DNA of 53,960 nt from an uncultured Candidatus Poseidoniales archaeon (lineage in GTDB: Archaea; Thermoplasmatota; Poseidoniia; Poseidoniales; Thalassarchaeaceae): the NCBI GenBank assembly GCA_902573015.1, contig CACGIE010000005.1, positions 1 to 53,960 of the forward strand, in the 5' to 3' direction. The position numbers and the translations under genes are program-made. The notes under the pieces were generated by a model. That model made no database searches. It was not told where the DNA came from and saw nothing but the letters and a program-made list of their open reading frames with translations. The first letter of the stretch is position 1; each line of letters opens with the position of its first letter. Positions 45,386 to 53,960 of this stretch are shown here, in pieces.

Positions 45386-46750
45386 CTAGCAAAATGACAC
45401 GGCTTCCCATATGTCGTTCGAATTGCTGGTGCTGTAATCGTAGTACGAGGTGTCGGATATCTGCGATTCTCCCTGTGTGACGGTTACTATGAACGAATAG
45501 CAACCATAGTCACCGGCGGAGTCGAACTCGTCACGAGGGACGTACTTCCCGAAGGTTGCATCGAAGACAGATCCTTCCATCGCGAATTCTGATCCGTATT
45601 CCCCCCAAGTTCCTGAACCAGTTCCGAAGACCCCACCCTTGGAGTCCCATGATGCTTCCGTGTTGCTTACGGAGATTGTAGGATAGGCTATTGCCACATC
45701 ATTCCCTTCCATTAGAAAAGCCTCTACAGTGTAGTCGGCAAAGGGCATCCTTGCAGGCTTTTCTGCGCCGGTGTCGAGTCCAGACCAACCTGACATGACT
45801 ACTCCAACCAGGCAATTGTCCGCATCGCCACTGCACCGGTCTGGATCCTCCTTGACGACTCCAGATGCCAGGCCGTCAACTCCTGTGATATCCCTTGAGA
45901 GGGCGTCTGCTCCAGTCCACTGAGTTGTATCCCAAGTAATCTGGCTGTAAGTTAGGTCTCTGGTTGAACTATCCCCGTCTATGGTCAGCTCCAATGTGTA
46001 AGGCGAGTCTGGAAGGGCATTCGTGGAATAGAAATCGTCGACAAATATGGTGATCTCTCCCTCTCCATTCCCGCTATCTATGGAGAAGTTAGCAGTAGAA
46101 GACCATACTTGCTGCCCGGCCTGAAGGATAACTATGGAAGCCTCCATGTCCCTATCAGAGATAGTGTTCTGGAGTACCTTGATGGTGATCGACTCGCCAT
46201 CCTCACTGTACTCAACCTGACCAACCGAAAGTTCGCCCTCTAGCAAGGCACCTAGGATCAGCGGAAGAATTAGCATCATTATGTAGGAGATTGCTACTAC
46301 GGATGCTGCTAAAGCGCTGGTCCCCGTTATAGCGAATCCGGAACTGGAAATGGAGAATACCCGCAATCTCCACATCACAACGGATAGAGAAAGTAGGAAT
46401 ACGAATGACATGACCAACGAGGCCCCAATCACGGGGATAGTTAGTTCGTCACCCGGGAGATACACAAGAAGAATACGTGTGAGGAAAACTGGCAGAATTC
46501 CGAACAATGCTACTGTCTTGAGTGATTCAACCAGTCCTGCTGCCTCTGGAATGGGTCCTTTTTCCTCTTTTACTGGATCTTCGGTAATAATGGCTACAGG
46601 AGTCGGGGTTTGACTTTGCTCGGCAGCCTTCTCTAGTAGTCCTGCTGATTTGCTAGCAGGGACTACCTCGTTAGCGTATTCACCGACCTTGGCACCCGTA
46701 ATCGGATCTATGCGGTCTGACGTTCCATCTTCTTGCCCCATTCCAATCAC
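45386..46750 (-). CDS. Membrane protein with a large extracytoplasmic C-terminal domain, unknown function
   Basis: 454-aa ORF. Four to five hydrophobic helices in residues about 75-170, followed by a Ser/Thr/Asp/Gly-rich beta-type domain. Confidence 0.55.
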   Translation of the reverse strand: MIGMGQEDGTSDRIDPITGAKVGEYANEVVPASKSAGLLEKAAEQSQTPTPVAIITEDPVKEEKGPIPEAAGLVESLKTVALFGILPVFLTRILLVYLPGDELTIPVIGASLVMSFVFLLSLSVVMWRLRVFSISSSGFAITGTSALAASVVAISYIMMLILPLILGALLEGELSVGQVEYSEDGESITIKVLQNTISDRDMEASIVILQAGQQVWSSTANFSIDSGNGEGEITIFVDDFYSTNALPDSPYTLELTIDGDSSTRDLTYSQITWDTTQWTGADALSRDITGVDGLASGVVKEDPDRCSGDADNCLVGVVMSGWSGLDTGAEKPARMPFADYTVEAFLMEGNDVAIAYPTISVSNTEASWDSKGGVFGTGSGTWGEYGSEFAMEGSVFDATFGKYVPRDEFDSAGDYGCYSFIVTVTQGESQISDTSYYDYSTSNSNDIWEAVSFC

Positions 46751-46862
46751 ACCATCTAGTCACTATTCTCATGCCCATCTATGAAAAAGGTACATCCCTC
46801 GGCTATCTACGTTAGACTGAAGGTTATCAATCCGTTGCCTGATGGCTCTTGGAAGGGCGTAT

Positions 46863-47861
46863 CTAGAAAAGACGGTTGTCCAACGGGATGACGTTTCCGT
46901 CATCGTCCACAGAAACCTGGTTTTCATTGGTCTTTCTGCCAATGGCTGCACCGGCCAGTGCCGCCATCATGGCAGTCCCCACAAGTTCGAATCCTGGCAG
47001 ATATACACCTCTGATGTAGATGGTCATCACCTGTATCTGATAGTTGGGGACACCTTCGGATCTGACCGAGTACTCGGAAGTCGCCTTGAACTGTAGTGAG
47101 AAGTACTTGTCTGTCCATCCTTGGTTCTTGGGCGTCCTCATCTGCACCCTGAACTTCTCCGGCGGAGCAAGGGAGTCGATCTCCTGGGATATCAGCGGTA
47201 GACTGAGCTGGAAGCCCTCGTCAACCATCTCGTCGTAGTTCTGAATCTCAACGTTGAATTTGTCCCTGGCGTTTCCATCGTTGTAAACGTCGAAGACCAA
47301 AGTGTAGTCGACCTTGGGCCTGAGTTGGATGAAAGCTAATTCGGCTCCGACTCTTAGTCGGCTGAATTGCTTGAATACGGTCATCACCTTGGCTTCTGTC
47401 GGAGAAGTAGCGGCAGTAACAGGAGCCCCATTCCACTGAGTCACAGTAGCGGTTATCGTTACCACTTGCTGGCCCTCTGGTTGCCTCAGGTCTGCCCTAG
47501 CAGCAACTTGGAAGGATGTGTCTCCAGGAGGCACGGTTGCCGAACCTGGGCCTGCAACTGAGATGATTCCCTGTTGATACGTGAGATCTACCTTCTCTGA
47601 GAATGTAGTCGGGTTAGTGAGTGTACAATATATGATTGTGGACCTCAAAGCGCCCGGATAAACCTCAATCGGGGCTGGTTGGTCACAGGTAAGCGAAACA
47701 TCGGGCGAGGTCTGGGCTTGTACTGCTGCTGCTCCTGACCACAGGCTCAGGAAATACACTGCCATAATCATCAGTGGCACTCTAATCGATGCACTCATCA
47801 CAAAATCCTCTGGTTGAACCGTATTTGAGGCTTCGCCCGAGACGGACGTGAAATGCGTCAT
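46863..47861 (-). CDS. Secreted surface protein with a PGF-CTERM-like anchor motif
   Basis: Signal peptide IRVPLMIMAVYFLSLWSGAAAVQAQ (alternative start ATG at 47798). Near the C-terminus, PGFELVGTAMMAALAGAAIGRK followed by a 22-aa tail. Confidence 0.65.
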   Translation of the reverse strand: MTHFTSVSGEASNTVQPEDFVMSASIRVPLMIMAVYFLSLWSGAAAVQAQTSPDVSLTCDQPAPIEVYPGALRSTIIYCTLTNPTTFSEKVDLTYQQGIISVAGPGSATVPPGDTSFQVAARADLRQPEGQQVVTITATVTQWNGAPVTAATSPTEAKVMTVFKQFSRLRVGAELAFIQLRPKVDYTLVFDVYNDGNARDKFNVEIQNYDEMVDEGFQLSLPLISQEIDSLAPPEKFRVQMRTPKNQGWTDKYFSLQFKATSEYSVRSEGVPNYQIQVMTIYIRGVYLPGFELVGTAMMAALAGAAIGRKTNENQVSVDDDGNVIPLDNRLF

Positions 47862-47880
47862 TATTCGGGGTCGTAATTGA

Positions 47881-47957
47881 TGGTGGACCCGACCGGATTT
47901 GAACCGATGACCACTCGGTTATGAGCCGAGCGCTCTAACCAACTGAGCTACGGGTCC
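47881..47957 (-). tRNA. tRNA with a CAU anticodon (elongator Met, or Ile2 if C34 is modified), CCA encoded
   Basis: The reverse complement folds as acceptor GGACCCG/CGGGTCC, D-arm GCTC-AGTTGGTTA-GAGC, anticodon arm CTCGG-CTCATAA-CCGAG, T-arm ATCGG-TTCAAAT-CCGGT, A73 plus CCA. It is not initiator-like. Confidence 0.85.
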
Positions 47958-48058
47958 CCGTGGTGCTCGCCCGCGAATATCGAAATGAACCTTGTCTATG
48001 CGATGATAGTGATTCTGAAGCAAGTAAGTGTTCCAATCTAAACCTAGTGTAATGGTTT

Positions 48059-50746
48059 ATGCCTAGGTTCCTTCTCGGGAGCCCGAGTGAAACTATGGAA
48101 AACAACGGAAATATTGCATTGAGTGTTGGAGTAATTCTTCTACTGGTGAACGTCGGAGTCGGCGTATCTGGAGTTCTGGACGGAGTTATCGAGGGTAATG
48201 TGGAGACCGCAGTTAAGGACGGTTACGATGGTTTGGACGATGATGGGAATCAGAATTACACGGCCGATTTCGATGACGAATGGATGAATGCTTCTTCGAC
48301 GAAGGCATACTTCGCTAATTCGATATCAAATCTAGAAGAGGTTCTGGCAGAAACCTCGGCTCCCGAATACGAGAGGGTAGGGCCTTTCATCTACTACGAA
48401 AATACCACTAGAGAGGTCATTGAGTACGACTATGAAGAGGGCTCTATCACTTATTCTGGATACGAGACGTTCGAGTGGTGCGAAGATTGCACATGGGAAG
48501 GTGAGCAATCCGTATCTGGCGATACTGTCGTCAACCAGATCAACATCCTCTGGAACACTCAGAGAATTGGCGGGATGGGTTCTGGAATCGAGTATGGTGA
48601 GATTTTTGCCAAAGCTATGTTTGCGGCTCAGATGATCGAGTTCGACCTCTCGAACAGGGCTCCGAGCATTTGGGCTTCCGACGACATAGCAGCATTGGCT
48701 AGTGCAGCTGGAGGAGGAAGTTTAGGGAACATGAGTGCTGAATTGGGTGTTGCGGCTGCTGCATATTCGGATCCAACCGGTCAAACCAGTATGTGGACTG
48801 TTGCAGATGATCATGACCTAGCTCCAATCAGAAGTGCGTTTTACACAGCGAATGACGGATATGGGAACTGTATTGCTCTCACTTGCGATATAGGACCGGT
48901 CCTGATAGCGGGCATGGGTGCTCCTAGCGATTCGGTCACGCCAACTCGGGCTGCTCTTCTCGGTTACAATAACTGGACCTCCGCACCGGAGGACACCGTA
49001 GCATTAGACTGGGCTGTCTACACGATGGCGGCGTCAAAATTCGTTGAGCATGGCGGTGGTGCTGACATAAACTCCGAGACGCCTCAACTCAAGGAGAGGA
49101 TGAACGAAGTCAGTGGGTTGCTAATACCAGATCCAGTTCTCGAAAATCTCCTGTTCAACGAGAGCGTTGGCCTACTCACATCATTCGAGGTCGGAGGTAT
49201 TCCGCTCCCTGGAATGGTGGTTGGACTTCTCCTGCCACTCCAGAGTGGCGACTACTTCGGGGCCATGACGACTTACAACCTCGACCTACTCAAGATCGCC
49301 AGCCTTGCAGATTACGTAGAGCCGTGGGTCGGACTTGGCCTTACAGGAGCGCCGACAGAATTCGAACTGATCCTTACCGGGGGTACTGGAACAATGGTGT
49401 CCAACGAGTGGTGGCTAACGGCATTCGGAGACTATGACCCACTGGGCGGAGTATACATTCCAATCGGACTCAACCGAGATGGTTTCGCAGGAATGGCAGA
49501 ACTAACGATGGAGAAGTCTGATTTCATCCTAAACGATCCTGAGATAGGCCTCAAATCCTCTTTCCCAGGGCAGTTCATGTACGGTGAGCTCTCAGGGATG
49601 TCCCTTCCGGACTCCGACGGAGTTGCTCACACCTGGGACGATGCATACGTCGCAAACCTATACGGAATCTCCGAGCAAGAGGCGAGTGCACTGAGAGACT
49701 GGGTGTCAAACTTCTACTTCGATACAGTGATGCCCGTTCTGCTAAACTTCGTCACTGGAAACACTCCCTACTACTCCATGCCAATAAGCAATTGGCTTTA
49801 TGGCTGGAATGACGCAGTGAGTGCTTACTTCGGATTCTGGTCCTGGAACAGCCTAGAGACCAATGCCACATACTACGGTTCTGATGGCATAAGCACCGGA
49901 GACTGGTCCGTCTACAAGATGAGTACAAGAGGAGACACGCTCGGACAGAGGATGGCTCAGGGCTACATCAACTCTGACGGGGATGGGATGTGCGACTATG
50001 ACTACGACGCAAATGGCGATTTCATTGGATTTGACATCCCGTGCGAGGACGGACAGGTGTACGGCATGACCGAGCACCTGACTTGGAGGGCCCCACACAG
50101 GGAAGAGGCAGCTAGTGGTCTGCTGTCAGCAAATGCTGGCAACAATGATACCTCGCTGATGGGTACCGTTGGATCCCTGGCATCCCCCAATGACCCGTTC
50201 AACCTGAATGTTGCAGGGTACGCAATTGCCACATCAGAGGTTGGCAGTACCACCGAATACAAGGGAATCGAAATGATTGAGCACACAGTAAAGCTAAACC
50301 CATCCAATTCCCAGATTCAGGGCAAGCTCATTAGTTCGACGTCGTACGTAGACGTAATTCCAGGGGCACTCCCAGTATATCTGGAGGCTGACATTGATCT
50401 GAAGGTAGAGCCTATTACGACTGCTATAATGTATGGGAAGGTAAAAGTGACATTCCACTTGGACACTCGCGGACCCGGTAACCTGAATCCAGACATTTCC
50501 GTGAATAGTACTGAGTCGATGCCAGTCTTCGAAATTCATACCTTCAGCGAAATCGGTGACGATGACGCTGATAGCTTCAAGGCTTCAGTGACTGACAACA
50601 TGGGCACCTTTGGCTGGACAAACTTCGGAGGAGAGGCTGGTGCTCCGCTAAGTTACGTGCATGTTGCGATAGCAGCGACATATGCAGCATCGATAGCCTC
50701 GATTGGAATCGGAGCGAGATCGATGATGGGCCTCGAAGAAGAGTGA
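48059..50746 (+). CDS. Two-TM membrane protein with a large ectodomain, putative CD36/SR-B/LIMP-2 family homologue with a large insertion
   Basis: TM helices at both ends (IALSVGVILLLVNVGVGVSGV and VHVAIAATYAASIASIGIGA). The motifs YFANSISNLEEVL, PEYERVGPFIYYEN, QSVSG, NWLYGWND, VEPITTAIMYGKVKVTFHL and MPVFEIHTFSEIGDDDADSFKASVT line up in order with recalled CD36-family signatures. The confidence given is for the family call; the CDS itself is near certain. Confidence 0.55.
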   Translation: MPRFLLGSPSETMENNGNIALSVGVILLLVNVGVGVSGVLDGVIEGNVETAVKDGYDGLDDDGNQNYTADFDDEWMNASSTKAYFANSISNLEEVLAETSAPEYERVGPFIYYENTTREVIEYDYEEGSITYSGYETFEWCEDCTWEGEQSVSGDTVVNQINILWNTQRIGGMGSGIEYGEIFAKAMFAAQMIEFDLSNRAPSIWASDDIAALASAAGGGSLGNMSAELGVAAAAYSDPTGQTSMWTVADDHDLAPIRSAFYTANDGYGNCIALTCDIGPVLIAGMGAPSDSVTPTRAALLGYNNWTSAPEDTVALDWAVYTMAASKFVEHGGGADINSETPQLKERMNEVSGLLIPDPVLENLLFNESVGLLTSFEVGGIPLPGMVVGLLLPLQSGDYFGAMTTYNLDLLKIASLADYVEPWVGLGLTGAPTEFELILTGGTGTMVSNEWWLTAFGDYDPLGGVYIPIGLNRDGFAGMAELTMEKSDFILNDPEIGLKSSFPGQFMYGELSGMSLPDSDGVAHTWDDAYVANLYGISEQEASALRDWVSNFYFDTVMPVLLNFVTGNTPYYSMPISNWLYGWNDAVSAYFGFWSWNSLETNATYYGSDGISTGDWSVYKMSTRGDTLGQRMAQGYINSDGDGMCDYDYDANGDFIGFDIPCEDGQVYGMTEHLTWRAPHREEAASGLLSANAGNNDTSLMGTVGSLASPNDPFNLNVAGYAIATSEVGSTTEYKGIEMIEHTVKLNPSNSQIQGKLISSTSYVDVIPGALPVYLEADIDLKVEPITTAIMYGKVKVTFHLDTRGPGNLNPDISVNSTESMPVFEIHTFSEIGDDDADSFKASVTDNMGTFGWTNFGGEAGAPLSYVHVAIAATYAASIASIGIGARSMMGLEEE

Positions 50747-50816
50747 GGCTTGGTATTCTAACCCATACAGAAGCATTGAACCATACCCCCCGAAGTAGCA
50801 CGTACGAGGGGATGGT

Positions 50817-51893
50817 TTGAGGCTAGGCCACATAGATAGGATCAGGGCGATTGCAGTTCTCTGCATGGTAGAGGTCCACACAGCTGCTATCGTCCCTCCT
50901 GAAGGTATAACGGTAGGTCACCCAGCGGCTTTCGTCGCCGCTGCTTTTGGAGGGATGGCTGCACCGCTGTTCGTCACCATTTCCGGATGGGGGATGTACA
51001 GGAGTGCGTCCAGAAGAGTCGAAGAGGGGCATACCTCGGACCAATGGGCAAGGTGGATTATTCCTAGAGTGGCCCTACTATGCCTTTGCCAGCTGACGGT
51101 CAACGTTCTCCTTAATGTGGAGAGGGGCGGGAGGTTCGAGTGGCACACACCAGGAGTGCTCACTCTACTGGCTATCTCAGCCGCCATATGCCCAATATTT
51201 GTCAGAACCAGTAAGTCCCTGAGATCTCTGCTGATGCTAACGCTGTGTGTGTCCCCCCTGATACTTGGGGGGAACGCTGGGCAAGACCTCAGTTGGTTCG
51301 AGAGGGTCCATGCTGCAAATTTAGAGGAGTGGGTTGCCAGGCTTCTCTGGAATGGGACATACCCAGTTTTGCCTTGGATGTTCTTCGTAATACTTGGCAC
51401 ATTGCTCCATGACTTCACCCATGAGACGAGAATCAGGGAGAGGGGCATAGTACTGGGAGTCATTGCCACGTCGGCTACAATCTTTATATCTGTAATCGAG
51501 GATGTGGATTGGGCTCTAACCTCTGGAGATGCTGTCCTTACTTTCTTCCCTGCTAGTATGCCATTCCTGGTAGTTTCAGCGACTGTAGTCGTACTTTTGA
51601 TGAGGTTGCTAGAGGGGGGCGAAGTTTCTGGCGGGAGTCCCTTGTTGGGGAGTAGGCTTTCATTCCTAGAACCGGCGGGGAGGCTTTCCCTGAGTATCTA
51701 TGTGTCTCACTTCGCAGTTCTGGGCCTGGTGGCATTGGTCATGGAGGGAGAACCCAGGTTGTCCCTATTATCTGCATTCGCGGTTACCATTATCCATACA
51801 GCAATATGGATCCCACTGGCAGCCCTTCATGAGAGGAAGATTCCATGGTTCTCTTTGGAGGGTCTTCTCAGGGCGAGTCAGTCATCCAAGTAG
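50817..51893 (+). CDS. Polytopic membrane protein, DUF1624 / heparan-alpha-glucosaminide N-acetyltransferase-like acyltransferase
   Basis: The N-terminal RLGHIDRIRAIAVLCMVEVH resembles the R..(L/I)D..RG.A...M...H start of DUF1624/acyltransferase-3 proteins. About 9-10 hydrophobic helices. TTG start. Confidence 0.5.
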   Translation: MRLGHIDRIRAIAVLCMVEVHTAAIVPPEGITVGHPAAFVAAAFGGMAAPLFVTISGWGMYRSASRRVEEGHTSDQWARWIIPRVALLCLCQLTVNVLLNVERGGRFEWHTPGVLTLLAISAAICPIFVRTSKSLRSLLMLTLCVSPLILGGNAGQDLSWFERVHAANLEEWVARLLWNGTYPVLPWMFFVILGTLLHDFTHETRIRERGIVLGVIATSATIFISVIEDVDWALTSGDAVLTFFPASMPFLVVSATVVVLLMRLLEGGEVSGGSPLLGSRLSFLEPAGRLSLSIYVSHFAVLGLVALVMEGEPRLSLLSAFAVTIIHTAIWIPLAALHERKIPWFSLEGLLRASQSSK

Positions 51894-53960
51894 TCGGTCG
51901 ACCACGTCACGGGGCCGAACCATGTCTCTCCTGCATCATTGGACGCCCTTATCCTCGCGTAGTAGTCGGTTCCGCAGCATGAGAGTCCGGTTATCTCGAT
52001 GTAGTCGTCACCGACATCCGTACTTCCGTGGAATATGCTATTCGACCATGCTGATGGCTGCGAACCGCCATCGGACTCGCCGTAGAACACTGTCAGTGTG
52101 ATGTTGGTGCCGTTGTCGTAGGTCTCCCACGAAATATTTGTCGAGTTGGTCCCGGATATGCTAGGGGTGTGGAGGTCCCTCAGGATAGCGGGGTACTCGA
52201 AGTATTCACCCCTCAATGGGTCGTCCACCCAGACGGGCAGGTGATCCAAGGAGTCGAAAGTAGACTGGTCGAGGGGGAACCCCCAAGCCTCGTGATAGGG
52301 TGCCAGGTTCATTCCTGTGGAGTTAGACAGGTGTAGGACCCATGAATTGAACTTCTCCTCTCCGGTGTATGGGACCTCTGATGCAGGGAGGTCGTAGTAG
52401 ACGGAAAGAGCATTTGTGATCGCGGACCATGACCATTCCTCCTTGACCATCAGGAAGGTCTCAAGCGCAACCCACACAGACCAGTGAGATATATTGGCCC
52501 CGTTTTCGAAGTATGACCTAGTCCTGGAATCTCGCTGCTCAGGGGAAATCGCGCCATGCCCGGAGACCCCTACGAGGTCCTCCATTAGATGCACGCTCGC
52601 GAAGTTGCATCCGGTCTCGGTGGTTCCCGGAAGGGTGGAGGGCATCCACTGGTGGTTGTGGCCCAGCTCGTGGAACATGCCCCAATCCCCCTCCTCGGAC
52701 ATTTGGGTGACGTTGACAACCCCGGGGACGCTCAGGTCGTGTGCCATGAACGGGTATCCGGAGTGCATCCACCCAGCGGAAATCTGAGCATCGAAAACCG
52801 CCCTCTCCACTCGTGGCCAAGGTAGGAAGCCGTAGAGTTCGTGCTCCATTGAAAGGGCCTGGTCCCACCAGTCCATCAGGTCGTCGGGATCGTCGAGGTC
52901 TCTGATTTCGTGGCTAGGGACGGAGAGGATGAAATGGTCGCTGGCTATCTCAGCCCACGGAGCAGGGGAGTGGCGCGCGAAGTCTATCCAGTCTTGGACG
53001 TCTGTGTGGCCGTGGACGTAGGTGGGCGCCTCTACCGCGTTCGATAGAGTCGCTTCGAAGGTTCCGAGGGTCGAGCCTGGCTCTATTGCTAGGTAAATGG
53101 CTCCCCCGAATGCGTTTCCCACCTCCATTGATTCATCATCCACCAACCACCAGCGGTCGATGTCCGGATGGCGATGGAGCTGATCCTTCCCCCATAGGCT
53201 GTCGCTATGGGCCCCGACTAGGATGTAGGCCCCGGAATCCACGACGTGGCTGGGGACCGTTACCGAGACGACCTCGCCCGGTGCAGCATATACTCCCGTT
53301 GTCATCCTGACGTGGGCCCTAGCAGAGGAGTACCCGAAGTTGGAGGGGAGTCCGCTCTGATTGCCGTCTATCGAGACCGTCTTGGTAATGCGGTCCGATT
53401 CAGGGGGGACCGCTCCCGGGAACTCGGCGTGGCTTGGGTGCGATGGCAGTTCGCTGGCAGGTAGACCCTGTGTCAGGGCCGCCTCCACACGGAGGAGGGT
53501 GTCTGCGACGGGGTCCTCGCCCAGATTGTACCCGACGTCCGCCCATAATGTCCCATACTCGATCACCGTCCATCCCGTCTGGTTGACCACCTCCCTCAGG
53601 GATGACCAGAAGTTATGGAAGTCTAGGGAAACGACACCGGTACAGATTGAGAGGGTCGAGTCAGCGATCGTGGCATCCTCGATGGAGAGTGATTCTCCAT
53701 CTATCCTATCGGCTCTGATTGCTTCTATCGCGGCTCTGGGCCTGGAAAGATCGTGTGGCGAATCGGTCATGTCGACCTCGTTGTAACCCCAGGCATTTGA
53801 GACGAACAGGCCAGTTCTCTTGGCGATCTTGTTTCCGGGATAATTATGCGAGACATCCGTGTTCGAGTACGACCAGTACCACGCATGCCCTCCCATCACC
53901 AAGCCACCTCCATCTTGAAGGAAGGAGATGATGGCTGAGTTGTCCTCGTCGTCGTGGCCG
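51878..53960 (-). CDS. Peptidase M60-like (enhancin-like) zinc metallopeptidase, 5' end outside the window
   Basis: Zincin motif MFHELGHNHQW, with downstream Glu residues. The frame stays open from the called TTG (53902) to the window edge (...GHDDEDNSAIISFLQDGGGLVMGGHAWYW), so the gene is N-terminally truncated here. The C-terminal part looks like an Ig/FN3-type beta domain. Confidence 0.8.
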   Translation of the reverse strand, partial: GHDDEDNSAIISFLQDGGGLVMGGHAWYWSYSNTDVSHNYPGNKIAKRTGLFVSNAWGYNEVDMTDSPHDLSRPRAAIEAIRADRIDGESLSIEDATIADSTLSICTGVVSLDFHNFWSSLREVVNQTGWTVIEYGTLWADVGYNLGEDPVADTLLRVEAALTQGLPASELPSHPSHAEFPGAVPPESDRITKTVSIDGNQSGLPSNFGYSSARAHVRMTTGVYAAPGEVVSVTVPSHVVDSGAYILVGAHSDSLWGKDQLHRHPDIDRWWLVDDESMEVGNAFGGAIYLAIEPGSTLGTFEATLSNAVEAPTYVHGHTDVQDWIDFARHSPAPWAEIASDHFILSVPSHEIRDLDDPDDLMDWWDQALSMEHELYGFLPWPRVERAVFDAQISAGWMHSGYPFMAHDLSVPGVVNVTQMSEEGDWGMFHELGHNHQWMPSTLPGTTETGCNFASVHLMEDLVGVSGHGAISPEQRDSRTRSYFENGANISHWSVWVALETFLMVKEEWSWSAITNALSVYYDLPASEVPYTGEEKFNSWVLHLSNSTGMNLAPYHEAWGFPLDQSTFDSLDHLPVWVDDPLRGEYFEYPAILRDLHTPSISGTNSTNISWETYDNGTNITLTVFYGESDGGSQPSAWSNSIFHGSTDVGDDYIEITGLSCCGTDYYARIRASNDAGETWFGPVTWSTDYLDD

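Overview
This looks like a chromosomal segment from an archaeon. The best guess is a marine planktonic euryarchaeote similar to Marine Group II/Poseidoniales, but that placement is inference only. It rests on archaeal-type informational genes: AlaRS, RtcB, the Rpo7(E')-Spt4-S24e-S27ae cluster, DTD2, a GPN-loop GTPase and a DGGGP-synthase-like UbiA enzyme.

Coding density is about 90%. Many genes overlap by a few bases, and GTG/TTG starts are frequent. I found four tRNA genes (Glu-CUC, Thr-GGU, Ser-GGA, Met/Ile2-CAU), all with genomically encoded CCA.

Housekeeping genes (argF, guaC, alaS, rtcB, purC, aminotransferases, proline dehydrogenase, TrhO-like rhodanese) are interleaved with many very large secreted or membrane-anchored proteins:
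- a 1070-aa thrombospondin-type-3 repeat protein
- a 2406-aa giant surface protein
- an 1894-aa FG-GAP/CARDB protein
- two S8 subtilases
- an M60-like metallopeptidase that runs off the window edge
- an amino-acid ABC importer whose permease is fused to a BNR beta-propeller

The most interesting item is an 895-aa protein with one TM helix at each end (48059-50746). By eye it carries several signature motifs of the CD36/SR-B/LIMP-2 family, which I know only as a eukaryotic scavenger-receptor and lipid-tunnel family, split by an insertion of roughly 400 aa.

Other items worth a second look:
- a GC-rich structured element upstream of rpoE'
- a purC / class-IV aminotransferase / sulfotransferase-like operon that matches the two halves of an uncharacterised plant fusion protein
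- a PGF-CTERM-like motif that is not at the C-terminus
- a zinc-ribbon membrane protein apparently translationally coupled to a subtilase that lacks a prodomain

I saw no CRISPR array, integrase, transposase or rRNA. All homology statements come from reading motifs by eye and recalling family signatures. No search was run.
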